Shown piece by piece: positions 41,260 to 52,583 of a DNA stretch of 64,000 bases. Location: positions 2,816,001 to 2,880,000 of the forward strand of contig CAWGMQ010000004.1 of the NCBI GenBank assembly GCA_963823665.1, read 5' to 3'. The position numbers and the translations under genes were made by a program. This DNA comes from an uncultured Planctomycetota bacterium (lineage in GTDB: Bacteria; Planctomycetota; Planctomycetia; Isosphaerales; Isosphaeraceae). The notes beneath the pieces were generated by a model, which had not been told where the DNA came from, did no database searches, and was given only the letters and a program-made list of their open reading frames with translations. How positions within the stretch are numbered: the first letter of the stretch is position 1; each line of letters begins with the position of its first letter.

Positions 41260-42242
41260 CTCAGATCCGAGATCGGACTCGCGCGCAAGCGAAAACACGT
41301 GGCCTCTTCAACCTGGAGGAAACCTAGCGAGGCGTAGAGCGCCAGCGCCGGAGCATTCGTCGCGTCGGTCTGGACGGCGACTGAGTCGACGTGGTTCTCT
41401 CTGGCGCGGCGAAGGACCTCGGAGACCAGGAAACGACCGTAGCCCTTGCGGCGGTGAGCGGCTGGCACATCCAGGCTGATCAAGCCGATTCGTGAGCGGC
41501 TGTCGCCCCGGCCGAACCAGCTCATATCCCAGGCCTGGGCCATGCCGAGCGGTGTACCATCGCTACGCGAGACCAGCCGCACGTTCATGAGCTGGAAATC
41601 TCCGAGCGCGAGGCCCTGCCACCAGTGGTCAGGAAGAGCGTCGTCCTGAAATTCGAGCTGGGTCTGGCGACGAATCAGCACTCCGCGGGGATCACGCGGC
41701 TCAGGCACACTCAGATCGGCTTCGAGAAGAACCGTGGTGCCCGCCGGCTGATAACCGATTTGCCGGAGTGCGCCGTGGAATGGCTGGTGTCGGGAGAGTA
41801 CTCCGGACCCCTCAGTGCCGCCGTAAATGCCCCAGTAGAACGGATTCAAAGGAAACTGTCCGCCCGCATAGACGACCTTTGCACCGCATTTCCTCAAATA
41901 ACGTTCGGCCTCCTTGATCAGGCCGGCGACGAGCTCCGGGTCGTTCTGCTCGGGCTCGACCAAGAGCATGGCAACTGTGCCCATCTCGTGATTGAGCTCG
42001 AGCGGTCTGGCGGGGTCGATCGGTGCGTCGGGACCGAATCCGGCGTGAGCGAAACCGACGATCCGTCCGTCCGCTTCGGCGACGATCAGCCCTGCTGGAT
42101 CGAAGTTGACCCTGCCGAAGGCGTGCGAATCGAGCTCGTGCGGCCGTAGGGGCCGAGCCGTCGCTGTCTCGGTGATCGCCCTGTTCCAGAGCTTGGCGAG
42201 GGCAGGGGGATCGGTGTTGCGGAATCGGCGAAATCGTATCAC
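41260..42242 (-). CDS. Tandem GNAT N-acetyltransferase (3' end uncertain; reads through into the downstream gene)
   Basis: IRFRRFRNTDPP, IVGFAHAGFGP, HRRKGYGRFL, NAPALALYASLGF. Confidence 0.8.
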
Positions 42243-42338
42243 GGTGTCTCACACTGGAAAACGACGGTTTGACCGATAGGCCCCAGAAGCCGGGTGGCTA
42301 CCGCCCGTCAAGTTCAGTCCGGTTTTACGAAATTCCGT

Positions 42339-42647
42339 TCAGGGAACGGAAACGAGCACGTCCTGGCCCTCGATCTTTACTTCATAGACGGGTTGTTTGA
42401 TTTTGGGACCGAGCGGAGTCTTACCGGTGCAGACATCGAACTGCCACCCGTGCCAGGGGCATGTGACCGTTGTGCCCTCGAGCAGCCCTTCGGCGAGCGG
42501 CCCACCCTGGTGCGGGCAAATGCCATCGATCGCCGAAACGACCCCTTTGATATTATAAAGCGCGTAGACGCGCCCTTCGAACTCGACTTCCGCGGCCGAT
42601 CCTTCCGGCAGCTCGGACAGGGTCGCCAGCTTGACGAATCGCGGCAT
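42339..42647 (-). CDS. Rieske [2Fe-2S] ferredoxin
   Basis: CPHQGGPL, CPWHGWQFD. Confidence 0.92.
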   Translation of the reverse strand: MPRFVKLATLSELPEGSAAEVEFEGRVYALYNIKGVVSAIDGICPHQGGPLAEGLLEGTTVTCPWHGWQFDVCTGKTPLGPKIKQPVYEVKIEGQDVLVSVP

Positions 42648-42977
42648 CGACTGATCTCCGATCCTCTCCGGTCGCGGGGCGATTCTGATTCACTGCGAAC
42701 GAAAGCCGGTGCGTTCGCCCCTGGGACCAATGAACTATCCCGTATCGAGTTCTCCGCGTAACCCGTGAAGTCATTTTGCCCTGCTTAGCGGTGTTCGTGC
42801 AAATAATTCGCGGCGGGGCGTCGAACGAGTGATTCCGAAAGGACCGAACAGGCACGGACGTTCGCGATAGTTGTTTCTGAAATGGAGCGGAGTAAACTGG
42901 AAGGCGCTCGAGGGGACGCTTCGTTCCATCGCATCGGCGAATTCGTCAATCCGGCTGGATTTCAGAAGGACACGAGC

Positions 42978-43460
42978 GTGTTTAAAACGAAAAACGATCT
43001 GCCCGAAGCCGTACGCGCGAAGGCCATCGACTTGCTCAACGCGCGGCTTGCCGACTGCATCGACTTGCAAACACAAACCAAGCAGGCCCACTGGAACGTC
43101 AAGGGGCCGAATTTCATCGGACTGCACGAGCTCTTTGATAAGGTCTATTCGGCAGTTGGGGAGTACGTCGACGAGATTGCCGAGCGTGCCGTGCAACTGG
43201 GCGGGGTGGCGCACGGGACTGCGCGCACCGTGGCAAAGCAGAGTACCTTGAGCGAATACCCGGCGGGTGCCGTCGATGGCCGGAGCCACGTCGACGCGCT
43301 ATCGGCGGTTCTGGCCTCGTTCGGGAAGACCGCGCGTAAGGCGATCGACGAAGCCAACGATCTGGGCGACCTCGATACGGCCGATTTGTTCACCGAAGTC
43401 TCTCGCGGCATCGACAAGTGGCTCTGGTTCGTCGAGGCGCATCTGCAAGCAGAGCGATGA
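42978..43460 (+). CDS. dps: DNA starvation/stationary phase protection protein Dps
   Basis: KQAHWNVKGPNFIGLHELFD, DEIAER, DTADLFT, DKWLWFVEAH. Confidence 0.95.
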   Translation: MFKTKNDLPEAVRAKAIDLLNARLADCIDLQTQTKQAHWNVKGPNFIGLHELFDKVYSAVGEYVDEIAERAVQLGGVAHGTARTVAKQSTLSEYPAGAVDGRSHVDALSAVLASFGKTARKAIDEANDLGDLDTADLFTEVSRGIDKWLWFVEAHLQAER

Positions 43461-44200
43461 GCACGGCGCAGTCTGTCACTAACCCAGAACGATCCTGGCC
43501 TGTGCCTGCCCTTGACGCACTGGTGGTCGCCCCTCACCCGGATGACGCCGAGCTGGGGGTGGGCGGTACGATCGTGCGCCTGATTCAGCAGGGGTGGAAG
43601 GTCGGGATCCTGGATTTGACGGACGGAGAGCCGACTCCGCTGGGAACCCGCGAGCGTCGCGCGAGTGAGACCGCCGCGGCCAACGCCGCGCTGGGAAGCC
43701 CATGGCGAAAAAACCTGGGCCTTCCGAACCGGAGTCTTGAGCCCACGTTGCTTCATCGACGGGCGGTGGCGGCTATTTTTCGCCAGGTGAGGCCGCGACT
43801 GGTTCTTGCGCCTTACTGGGAGGACGCACATCCCGACCACACGGCCGCGACCAAGCTCGTGGAAGACGCCCGTTTCTGGAGCAAGCTATCCCGGTCGGAC
43901 ATCGCGGGTGAGCCGTTTCATCCGGCGCGTGTTCTCTATTATTTCAGCGTGCATCTCCGAATCGTCGAGCGGCCCAGTTTTGTTGTCGACATCTCTGAAC
44001 AGCTCGAGGATAAAGTCGCGGCCCTGCGATGCTATCGGTCGCAGCTTGTCGACAATCAGCCGACGGGCGGGCAGGGCGTGATCGAGGCGGTGTGTGATCG
44101 CACGCGATTCTGGGGGCATTTGGTGGGTGTGCGGCATGGGGAGCCGCTGGCGAGCCGGGAGCCAATCGGTCTGAAGGGGTTGGATCAGTTGCTGCTTTGA
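43457..44200 (+). CDS. bshB1: PIG-L family deacetylase, BshB1-like
   Basis: APHPDDAELG.GG, LTDGE..P.GT...R..E, DAHPDH, KVAALRCYRSQ; ATGA coupling to dps. Confidence 0.75.
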   Translation: MSTAQSVTNPERSWPVPALDALVVAPHPDDAELGVGGTIVRLIQQGWKVGILDLTDGEPTPLGTRERRASETAAANAALGSPWRKNLGLPNRSLEPTLLHRRAVAAIFRQVRPRLVLAPYWEDAHPDHTAATKLVEDARFWSKLSRSDIAGEPFHPARVLYYFSVHLRIVERPSFVVDISEQLEDKVAALRCYRSQLVDNQPTGGQGVIEAVCDRTRFWGHLVGVRHGEPLASREPIGLKGLDQLLL

Positions 44201-44312
44201 GGATGGCCACCGGAGGGAACCCCCCCTGGCTCCCCCTTCTGGAGGGGGGAAGCTTGCGCAACATACGCCGCGGGAAATCAACGTCCCGTCTTCCGAAATC
44301 GCGAATACCCGC

Positions 44313-44963
44313 TTATTGTCGTACCGCGACGCGGCGGCCGTGGATTTCGAGGCCGCCTTCGGCAAAGAGGGTGATGGCGTCGGGGAGCGCCTTGCACTCT
44401 TCCTTGAACACGCGAGCGGCGAGTGACTGAGGCGTGTCGCGCTCGAGGACCGGCACGGCGCGCTGGAGAATGATCGGGCCTTTGTCATAGGAATCGTCGA
44501 CGAAGTGCACGGTGCAGCCGCTCAGCTTCACCCCGGCATCCAGGACCGCTTTGTGGACCTTCAAGCCATAAAAGCCCTTGCCACAGAAGGACGGGATCAA
44601 GGCGGGATGAACGTTGATGACTCGTCCCCGATAGTCGGGCGGAATGCGCAAAAGTGAGAGGAAGCCGGCGAGGATAACGAGCTCAGAGCCGCTGTGGCGG
44701 ATCGGATCGAACACCGATGCGCTGAACTCGGCCGTTGAGCGGGCGTGGTAGTTGGCCAGAGCCAGCGGGATGCGTGCGGCCTCAGCCCGAGCGATGGCGC
44801 CGATGCGTGGCCGGCTCGCGACGACGTGGACGATTTCCGCGCGAAGCTTGCGCGACTTGATCCGGTCGATCAGGTTCTGGAGCGTGGTGCCTTCGCCGGA
44901 AACGCACACGGCGAGCCGGATCGGTGGGCTGGTGATCGGCGGGTCTCGCAGAGCTTGAGCCAT
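44313..44963 (-). CDS. purN: Phosphoribosylglycinamide formyltransferase
   Basis: SGEGTTLQ, LAGF, NVHPALIPSF.G, GCTVHFVD..YDKGPII. Confidence 0.93.
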   Translation of the reverse strand: MAQALRDPPITSPPIRLAVCVSGEGTTLQNLIDRIKSRKLRAEIVHVVASRPRIGAIARAEAARIPLALANYHARSTAEFSASVFDPIRHSGSELVILAGFLSLLRIPPDYRGRVINVHPALIPSFCGKGFYGLKVHKAVLDAGVKLSGCTVHFVDDSYDKGPIILQRAVPVLERDTPQSLAARVFKEECKALPDAITLFAEGGLEIHGRRVAVRQ

Positions 44964-45215
44964 GGCGCGCGGTCTCCCTGAGGTGGGTCTTTCTCAATTA
45001 TGAAGCTCGGTTAAGAGAATGCCAAACGGCTACAGACGGACGCAGGCCGCACAACCCGTACGACCGCCTTGACCCGCATGACCAGAGCCGGCCCAGCGTG
45101 TGAGTCGAACTTTGCGGATCGATATGCAACACAATTTGCGACAACCAGTTACGCCGAACTGCCTCTTTTCAGCCAAAGCGTTCTGATTCCTACCCGCCAA
45201 GTGAGGCATCACCGT

Positions 45216-45488
45216 ATGAGGAACGGGGATCAGGTCGGTAACTTCAAGGGAGGCGCGAAACCCACGCAGTCCGCCATCCTCGGCGGCGACCAAGCGCTGA
45301 CGATCGCCCAGAGGGACGCCACGGGCGTCTACCGTGATTTGGCCTCTTTTCGTATCCAACTCGCGCTAGAAGACGACGGTTGGCACGTGGACTACGATCT
45401 GAAGGATCCGCGACTCAAAGGTGGCGAGCCGCACTATCTGATTGATGCTCACACCGGCGCGATTCTGACGAAGCGTTATGAGCAGTGA
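45216..45488 (+). CDS. Small hypothetical protein, PepSY-like; start uncertain
   Basis: QALTIAQRDA...WHVDYDL...PHYLIDAHTGAIL. Confidence 0.5.
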   Translation: MRNGDQVGNFKGGAKPTQSAILGGDQALTIAQRDATGVYRDLASFRIQLALEDDGWHVDYDLKDPRLKGGEPHYLIDAHTGAILTKRYEQ

Positions 45489-48292
45489 CTAGGCTTCTCC
45501 GGAGCGAAGCGCGGTCACGACTCGCGTGCAGCGGTTGCACAACGCCGGGTGTTCGGGGCTTTGGCCGACGGTGGGTCGGTAATTCCAGCAGCGCTCGCAC
45601 TTGGCATGGGGCGATCGGTCGGCGACGATCGACTCGGTCGACGCGGCGGGGTCTGCGACGATCTCCACCTCGGAGACGTTGCAGATGGACGCGAGCAGGT
45701 CGCGCTCCGGCGAGAGCTGCTCGGGGCGATTCGTCGTGATACGCACGCGCGCTTCCTGGGCACTGCCGATTTGCTTGCTCTTCCGCAGGCCTTCGAGCGC
45801 TCGAAGCACTTGCTCCCGAACTTCGAGGAGGGTGGTCCAGCGGGCTGCGCGATCTGCATCATCCCAGCGCGGGTCGGGGTCGGGAAACTCAGTGAGATGG
45901 ACGCTTGCGGGCTTGTCTTTGCCGGAGGGGCGATAATCCCACGATTCCTCGGCGGTGTGCGGGATGATGGGCGCGATCAAGCGTGTCAGGTTGTCGTGAA
46001 GGCGGGCCATCACGAACTGGGCGGCGCGTCGCTCGGGCCCTGTCGGGAGCTCGGTGTAGAGGCGGTCTTTCAAGACGTCCAAGTAGAAGCTGGAGAGCTC
46101 CACGGAGCAAAACTGATAGATGCGCTGGTAGACGCGGTAGAACTCGAAACGCTCGTAATCGGCCCGGGCGTCGCGGATGACTCCGTTAAGCTGTCCGAGC
46201 ATCCAGGTATCAATTTCCTGCACGGAGGCGGGGTCGACTTCCGAGGGATCAAACCGCGCGTAGTCTTCGAGGTTGCCCAGCAGGTAGCGAAAGGTGTTGC
46301 GGATCTTGCGATAGGCCTCGGACATTTCCTTGATTCCGCGCTCGCTGATGCTGATGTCGTCGGCGTAGTCCATGCTGGCGACGTAGAGGCGCAGGACGTC
46401 GGCGCCGTAGCGATCGACCATCACATCGGCAGCGATGTAGTTACCCAGCGACTTGGAAATCTTGCGTTTGTGCTCGTCGACAACGAATCCGTGCGTCAGA
46501 ACGTTCTCGAACGGGGCGGCCCCGGTGGTTCCGACGGCGGTCAAGATTGACGACTGGAACCAGCCGCGGTGCTGGTCGGAGCCTTCCAGATACATGAAGG
46601 CCGGAAAGCCCAGGCCGTAATCCTGGCTGAGGACGGCGCGATGGCTCGAGCCGGACTCGAACCAGACGTCGAGGATGTCTCCCTCTTTGCGGAACGATGC
46701 TCCACGGCATTGGGGGCATGCCGCTCCCGATGGCAGCAGCTCCTCTACGGGAAGCGTGAACCAGGCGTCGGCCCCTTTTGCGCGAAACAGGTCTCGAAAG
46801 TGCCGGACGGTTTCGGCCGAGAGCAACTGGGCGTGGCATGACGTGCAGCCAAGCGCGGGGATCGGCACGCCCCACGAACGCTGGCGGCTGATGCACCAAT
46901 CGGGCGCAGGGAGACCATCGATTCGATCCGCGTTTTTCCCCAGGACGGCAGCCACTGGACCTCACCGATCCTCTGCAAGGTGCGGGTGCGGAGGTCATCA
47001 TGGTCTACGGAGATGAACCACTGTTCGGTCGCGCGGAAGATCACGGGCTTCTTGCAGCGCCAGCAGTGCGGATAGCTATGCGACAGCGGCTGCTCGTGAA
47101 ACAGATGGCCGGACTCTCGCAGCTTGTCGACGATCACGGGGTTAGCGGCAAAGACCTGGCGGCCGGAGAGCCAGTCGGGGGCGTCTGCGGTGAAGCGCCC
47201 GGACTCGTCGACGGGGCTCAGGACGGGAAGGTGATAGGCTCGCCCGGTCTGGTAATCTTCCGCACCATGACCGGGGGCGGTGTGGACCAGCCCGGTGCCG
47301 TCCTCGACGCTGACGTACTGGGCCAGCACGACGGGGCTCGACCGGTCGATGAAAGGGTGGCGGTAGATGGTGCCTTGCAATTCCCTGCCGAGGAACCGGT
47401 CGCCCTTCGTGAATTTGACGATACCGCGTAACCCCAGCACCTTCGCTCCGAGCTCTGCCGCGAGGATCGTCTGCGTTGGCTGGCCCGTCGTGGGATCCTT
47501 ATAGCGAAATACCGCATACTCCAGGTCTGGGTGCACCGCTACCGCCACATTGGCCGGCAAGGTCCACGGCGTGGTGGTCCAGATCATCAAATTCGGCGCG
47601 GCAATTCCCCAAGATGCGGACGCACTGGGGACGATGGGAAAGTTCACGAAAATGCTGGGCGTGGACGCTTCCTGGTATTCCAGCTCTGCCTCGGCCAGGG
47701 CCGTGCGGTCGGAGATACACCAATGGATGGGTTTGAGCTGGCGCTCGACGTAGCCCTGTTCGAGCAGGTCGGCGAGGACATCGAGGATGCCGGCTTCATA
47801 GCGGGGGTCGAGGGTGAGATACGGATGGAACCAATCACCGAGGACGCCCAGCCGCATGAATTGCCTGCGCTGGATGTCGACCCACTTCATCGCCTCGGTG
47901 TGGCAGAGTGCGCGGATTTCCGCGTGGCTCATCGTCTGAGCTTTTGAGCCCAGGTCCTTGACGACCTTGTGTTCGATGGGGAGACCGTGGCAATCCCAGC
48001 CGGGAACGTAAGGGCTGTTGAACCCGGCCATCGTCAGCGAGCGGACGACGATATCCTTGAGCACCTTGTTGAGCAGCGTGCCCATGTGAATCTCGCCGTT
48101 GGCATAGGGAGGGCCGTCGTGTAAGACCCGTAGCGGCCGGCCGGCGCGGGATTTGCGCACCTGTGCGTGCAAGTCTTGTTCGGACCAGCGGGCCTGAATC
48201 TGCGGCTCGCGCACCTGCAGATTGGCCTTCATATCGAACTTCGTGGCCGGGAGGTTCAGCGTCTCTTTGTAGGGCTTGGCAGACGTCGACAT
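45489..48292 (-). CDS. ileS: Isoleucine--tRNA ligase (frameshift near 46905)
   Basis: LHDGPPYANG.IHMG, PGWDCHGLPIE, WTTTPWTLPAN, GTGLVHTAPGHG, DWCISRQR.WG, EGSDQHRGWF, KISKS, KCERCW. Confidence 0.95.
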
Positions 48293-48294
48293 TT

Positions 48295-49125
48295 TCAGCC
48301 CGCCCACCGCTTGAGAACTCCGCGAACGATGGCTCGCAACTTGCTCTCGGCCTCATTCGCCACGGCGATGATTTCTTCGATCTGCACGGGATGCAAGGCG
48401 TCAGGGAGGCACATGTCGGTGATGATCGAGAAACCCAGGACTTTGAGACCGGCGTGCACGGCGACCAGCACCTCGGGAACTGTTGACATTCCCACGACGT
48501 CGGCACCCATTCCGCGGAGGAACCGGTACTCGGCGCGGGTTTCGAGGTTTGGGCCCACCACTGCGACGTAGACACCGCGGTGGGCAACAATGTTCTCTTC
48601 GAGCGCCACGGCGAGGGCCAGATCCTGGAGGTTTCGGTCGTAAGGCTCGATCAGGTCAGGGAATCGGGGGCCCAGCCGATCGTCATTGGGCCCGATAAGC
48701 GGGTTGAGCCCCATGAAGTTGATGTGGTCTTCGATGACGATCAGGTCGCCTTTTTTGTGGAGCGGGTTGAGGCCGCCCGCGGCGTTGGAGACGATCAGGA
48801 GCTGGCAGCCCAGCTCCTTCATCACTCGGATCGGAAAGGTGACCTGCCAGGGCGAATAACCTTCGTAGAGGTGAAAGCGCCCTTCCATGGCGAGCACGGA
48901 GTGACCGGAGAGGCGCCCGCAGACCAGTTGACCGCGGTGGCTCTCGACGGTTGATCGAGGGAAGAACGGGATTTCGGGATAGGGGATCGCGGCTTCGGTC
49001 TCGATTTCCCGCGCAAGGGCACCCAAGCCGGTTCCGAGAACGATGCCCACGCGGGGGGCGCCGGACCATCGTGAGCGAATGAGCCCGGCCGCTTCCTGGA
49101 CGTGCTCCCATTCATGCCGTGTCAT
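48295..49125 (-). CDS. Purine-nucleoside phosphorylase
   Basis: [36 protein letters not shown]. Confidence 0.93.
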   Translation of the reverse strand: MTRHEWEHVQEAAGLIRSRWSGAPRVGIVLGTGLGALAREIETEAAIPYPEIPFFPRSTVESHRGQLVCGRLSGHSVLAMEGRFHLYEGYSPWQVTFPIRVMKELGCQLLIVSNAAGGLNPLHKKGDLIVIEDHINFMGLNPLIGPNDDRLGPRFPDLIEPYDRNLQDLALAVALEENIVAHRGVYVAVVGPNLETRAEYRFLRGMGADVVGMSTVPEVLVAVHAGLKVLGFSIITDMCLPDALHPVQIEEIIAVANEAESKLRAIVRGVLKRWAG

Positions 49126-49126
49126 A

Positions 49127-49570
49127 TCAGGTCACCACGAAGCCGAACCGGCGAAGGAGGCGAGCGAAGCGCGGGTCGCGACGGAGGGATTTCAAGTCGG
49201 GATCGCGGCGCAATCGGCGTGCGGTACGATAGCCCAGCTCGAGCGCTTTCTGGAGTGCGGAAAAGGCGGGCTCGATCATGCCCAGAACGGCGAAGCTGCA
49301 GGCGAGGTTGTACCAGACGACGGGGTCTTCCGGGGCCAGCCGGACCAGGCGGCGGTCGATTTGAAGGGCGCGTCCATACTGGCCTTTGGCCGCCAAGTTG
49401 TCGGCGTGGACGCGCAGCGCCTCGACGAAGAACGGCTCTCGCTCGAGGATCCGCCCCAGAAACTCGAGCTCGAAGTCGATCTGGCTCTGCTCGCGCAGCC
49501 GCCGCGTCGAGGTCTCGGGAGCGGGGCCTTCCGGCGATGAATCGCCCGGACGATCCAGGGGTGCGGCCAT
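49127..49570 (-). CDS. TPR repeat protein
   Basis: [20 protein letters not shown]...LQKALELGY...[12 protein letters not shown]. Confidence 0.8.
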   Translation of the reverse strand: MAAPLDRPGDSSPEGPAPETSTRRLREQSQIDFELEFLGRILEREPFFVEALRVHADNLAAKGQYGRALQIDRRLVRLAPEDPVVWYNLACSFAVLGMIEPAFSALQKALELGYRTARRLRRDPDLKSLRRDPRFARLLRRFGFVVT

Positions 49571-49761
49571 CGCAGAAATCTCCCTCCCGACGAGTTGCGG
49601 AGCGCCTCAGCGGAGCCGGGACGGACCGGAGGCGATCTCCGAAGACAAAGCGAACCGACGTTGCCATGAGCTCTCAAGAGCCGGTCCACAATAGCCGGGA
49701 GGATACCTTCTCGACAAGACGCCAGCCATCAATTGTCAACGGTAGCATCCATGCAGAAAAC

Positions 49762-49808
49762 AAAAAAAGCCGGAGCCGCGATTCGAGATTGACTCGCGCG
49801 GCTTGGGC
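49762..49808 (-). terminator. Probable intrinsic terminator of the acidic-protein gene
   Basis: GCCGCG..CGCGGC stem followed by T7 on the minus strand. Confidence 0.5.
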
Positions 49809-49833
49809 TCGAGTTTTCAGGAGCGCAATTCGA

Positions 49834-50199
49834 TCAGGGCTCGTCGGGCTCTTCGTCCTCGTCGTCGTCGAGGCCGCCCAAGTCGTCGTCGTCGTCGAAG
49901 TCTTCGTCGTCCTCGTCGATATCGATGTCCTCGATCTCGTCGTCGAGTTCTTCGTCGATATCGTCTTCATCCTCCTCGTCAAAATCTTCCTCGTCAAACT
50001 CTTCGTCATCCTCGTCGTCGTCGAAGTCATCGTCGTCGAGGTCTTCCTCGTCGTCGAATTCTTCGTCGTCGGCAACTTCCTCCTCCTCGCTGGCGTCTCG
50101 GGCGAAGAGAGGCGGGGTGGAAACCGACCAGGGATCATCAAAAGCGCTTGTGCCAGTGGGGCCGGCGAACCGGGCGAGTAATTCGAGCCTGTCGAGCAT
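49834..50199 (-). CDS. Extremely acidic small protein (start uncertain)
   Basis: The C-terminal ~84 aa are about three-quarters Asp/Glu with periodic F/L/I; consistent GAC/GAA/GAG codons. Confidence 0.65.
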   Translation of the reverse strand: MLDRLELLARFAGPTGTSAFDDPWSVSTPPLFARDASEEEEVADDEEFDDEEDLDDDDFDDDEDDEEFDEEDFDEEDEDDIDEELDDEIEDIDIDEDDEDFDDDDDLGGLDDDEDEEPDEP

Positions 50200-50494
50200 G
50201 GATTCAGTCCTCAGTCGAAGGGAGTTCATCGGGCAATTCCCCCTAACCAACGCGCTGTTGATGGCCGATTCGCTGCTTGGGTGAACGCTGTTCCTGCCGA
50301 GAGCGGAGCCATAGTCGTAGTCAAGGAGACACTTCATTGTCAAGTATCGAATTCAGCGAGATTCCGCCGTTTCGGGGCACAGGTCAAAAGCCCGCGTCCG
50401 ATCGATCGAACTCTCGCCGCTTGTGGTCGTTGAGAAGATCACTCACGTGGATTTGGTCGGCATGCCGGGCAACCGACCTTGAAAGATGATGGTG

Positions 50495-51514
50495 TCATAT
50501 CAGACGAACGAACTGTCCGGTCGCCGCCGATCGTCCGATTGCTTCGAGAAGTCGCACGGATTCCAGGGCTTCGCCGGCCGGACAACAAAGAGGAGTGTCG
50601 GTCAGGAGTGCAGCAACAAAGTTGCTATCAATTGAGTGGTCAGGCGGTGGCAGGGGGACCTCATGCCGTGATCCGTCCGGCTTTTCTTCAAAAAGCTGCT
50701 GATCGGTTGCATGCAACTGCCCGGACTCACCGTAGAACGTCAATGCAAACTCGGCCCGCGCGGCGATGCCGGAGACGGCGAGGGAAACTGGTGTTCCGTT
50801 CAGTAGTCGGATGCTGGCGGCCGTCACGAGATCGATCGACGCGTCACGGTCGCGCTGGCTCTGGATGGCGCCGACCTCGCCGGCCTTCTGTCCCGCGGTC
50901 CAGAGAAGTGCGTCGATCAAGTGGTCGCCGGCGTCAGCCAGGATGCCAGATCCGGCCACCTTCGGGTCAAATCGCCAGTTGCTCTCTTCGCGGGCGAGGG
51001 TGCTCAACCAGGGGCGGGCGAGCAAGGCGGTCACGAATCGTAGATTTCCGATCTCACCAGCCGCCACCCGGCGGCGAGCCTCGATCAGGCTGGGGCAGAG
51101 GCGAAACTGGTGGCCAACGCCGACCTTCCGTGCGCGGGCCCGTGCCAGGCTCACGATGTCGGCGGCCTCTTGGGAATTGGTTGTGAGCGGCTTTTCGATG
51201 AACACATGGCAACCTGCCTGGAGGGCGTCCATCGTGAGGCGGTAGTGGGAGAGGTGGGGCGTGAAGATCGCGAGGGCGTCAGGTGCTTGCTGGCGCAGGA
51301 GCTCGCGGTGGTCGGAATACGCCGGGGCGGACTTGCGGCTCGTGACCGGGGTAGCGTGCAACGAAATGCGATCGGCAAGTGCGAGTGCTGATGGAAGGTT
51401 GGAGTCGGCGCAGCCGATCACCTCGACATTCTCGAGTGCGAGCAAGCGATCCAGATGGATGCGGGCGGCCAAACCGCAACCGGCGATCCCGATCCGAACA
51501 ACCGACGTGCTCAT
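50495..51514 (-). CDS. Gfo/Idh/MocA oxidoreductase
   Basis: IGIAGCG, TPH..H, HVFIEKP, G.G.L.D.G.H.ID. Confidence 0.9.
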   Translation of the reverse strand: MSTSVVRIGIAGCGLAARIHLDRLLALENVEVIGCADSNLPSALALADRISLHATPVTSRKSAPAYSDHRELLRQQAPDALAIFTPHLSHYRLTMDALQAGCHVFIEKPLTTNSQEAADIVSLARARARKVGVGHQFRLCPSLIEARRRVAAGEIGNLRFVTALLARPWLSTLAREESNWRFDPKVAGSGILADAGDHLIDALLWTAGQKAGEVGAIQSQRDRDASIDLVTAASIRLLNGTPVSLAVSGIAARAEFALTFYGESGQLHATDQQLFEEKPDGSRHEVPLPPPDHSIDSNFVAALLTDTPLCCPAGEALESVRLLEAIGRSAATGQFVRLI

Positions 51515-51979
51515 GATGCCTGCATTCGCCTCGCAACGGTTGTTTCAACGGCTCTGGAATCGGACGCGCTTTGGTGTTTTGGTGTTGCCGGGAGACCCGC
51601 CCCGGAAACGGCCTTAATCCCAGCAGCATAACCGCTTCTCGTCAAGAGTGTATCCGGCATGTCAAGGGCCTTGTGGATTTTTCTAGAGCGACGGGGAACT
51701 TTGCTGCGAAAGGGCTGATTTCCAGGGCAAAAAGTTGTGTGGCCGCTCGCTGAGAAAGCCGGGATGATTGGGCGAAGGAGCCGGTTGCGTGGGACAGCGG
51801 TGTCAGGGCTTCGAACCGGGGGCTTCCCGCGTCCGTGATTGCGCTCTGTCAGGGGTGGGCGAATTTTGCCAGCCGTGAAGGCTCGCTCAAGGCCGACGTG
51901 CAACGCCCGTGGTTGTCTGGCCGCCTTGACGTGAACCGGAATCAAGGTTTATCGTGTCGAACGAAGTGATCGTGCTGAT

Positions 51980-52053
51980 GGTGGGTGTGGCCTAGCGGTT
52001 AAGGCACCAGATTGTGGATCTGGGGATCGCGGGTTCAAATCCCGTCACCCACC
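51980..52053 (+). tRNA. tRNA-His(GTG)
   Basis: G-1, GTGGGTG/CACCCAC acceptor with C73, CCAGA-TTGTGGA-TCTGG anticodon arm, GGTTCAAATCC. Confidence 0.95.
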
Positions 52054-52295
52054 CTGTTCCTCGCGCCGCAGCTTGAAAGGGAGACGCCCCGAGCGCCTCG
52101 CCGTCCGCCGCTTGGCCGTGCTTGATCCTCTTGCTGATCAATATGCGCCGTTTTGGGAAAGATGCGGTGGGTTTTCCGGTGGAAAAACACAGTGCCAGAC
52201 CGGTTCGGCCGAAGTTGTCGTCTTTCCAGTGTGAAACAGCTCTTATTTGCGCGCTGGATCAGCTATTTCGTTGCGCGTGGGTCGGTCGGGTCTAC

Positions 52296-52574
52296 TCAGG
52301 AGCTCCGGCGTCTGGAGCCGTGTGAGAAGACGGACCATCGCTCCTCCGTGAGCCGGGTGATCCGAAAAGCGGACGAGGTGATGCGATCGGCGATCAAGAC
52401 GCAAACGAAGATTCCCACCATGCTGAGGACCAGGCCTGAATCACCCCAGCCGCTGGGTGGCGCGAAGAGCGCTTGAAGAACAAAGTGCGCCGGCAAGTAG
52501 AGAGCGAGACCCAGGAAGAGCGTCAGAATCGTGAAGGCCAGCTTGAGCAAAGCTCGGTTCATTCTTTGGTACAC
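52296..52574 (-). CDS. Small two-TM membrane protein
   Basis: Two hydrophobic helices; 9 nt downstream of the adaptor gene. Confidence 0.5.
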   Translation of the reverse strand: MYQRMNRALLKLAFTILTLFLGLALYLPAHFVLQALFAPPSGWGDSGLVLSMVGIFVCVLIADRITSSAFRITRLTEERWSVFSHGSRRRSS

Positions 52575-52583
52575 GGCGGCGGC

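Noticed and set aside
44219..44252. CCCCCC..GGGGGG hairpin as an ncRNA
   Set aside because: Short; better explained as a terminator or repeat between the convergent bshB1-like and purN genes
49925..50284. Ser-rich plus-strand ORF
   Set aside because: Antisense reading of the Asp/Glu codons of the acidic protein
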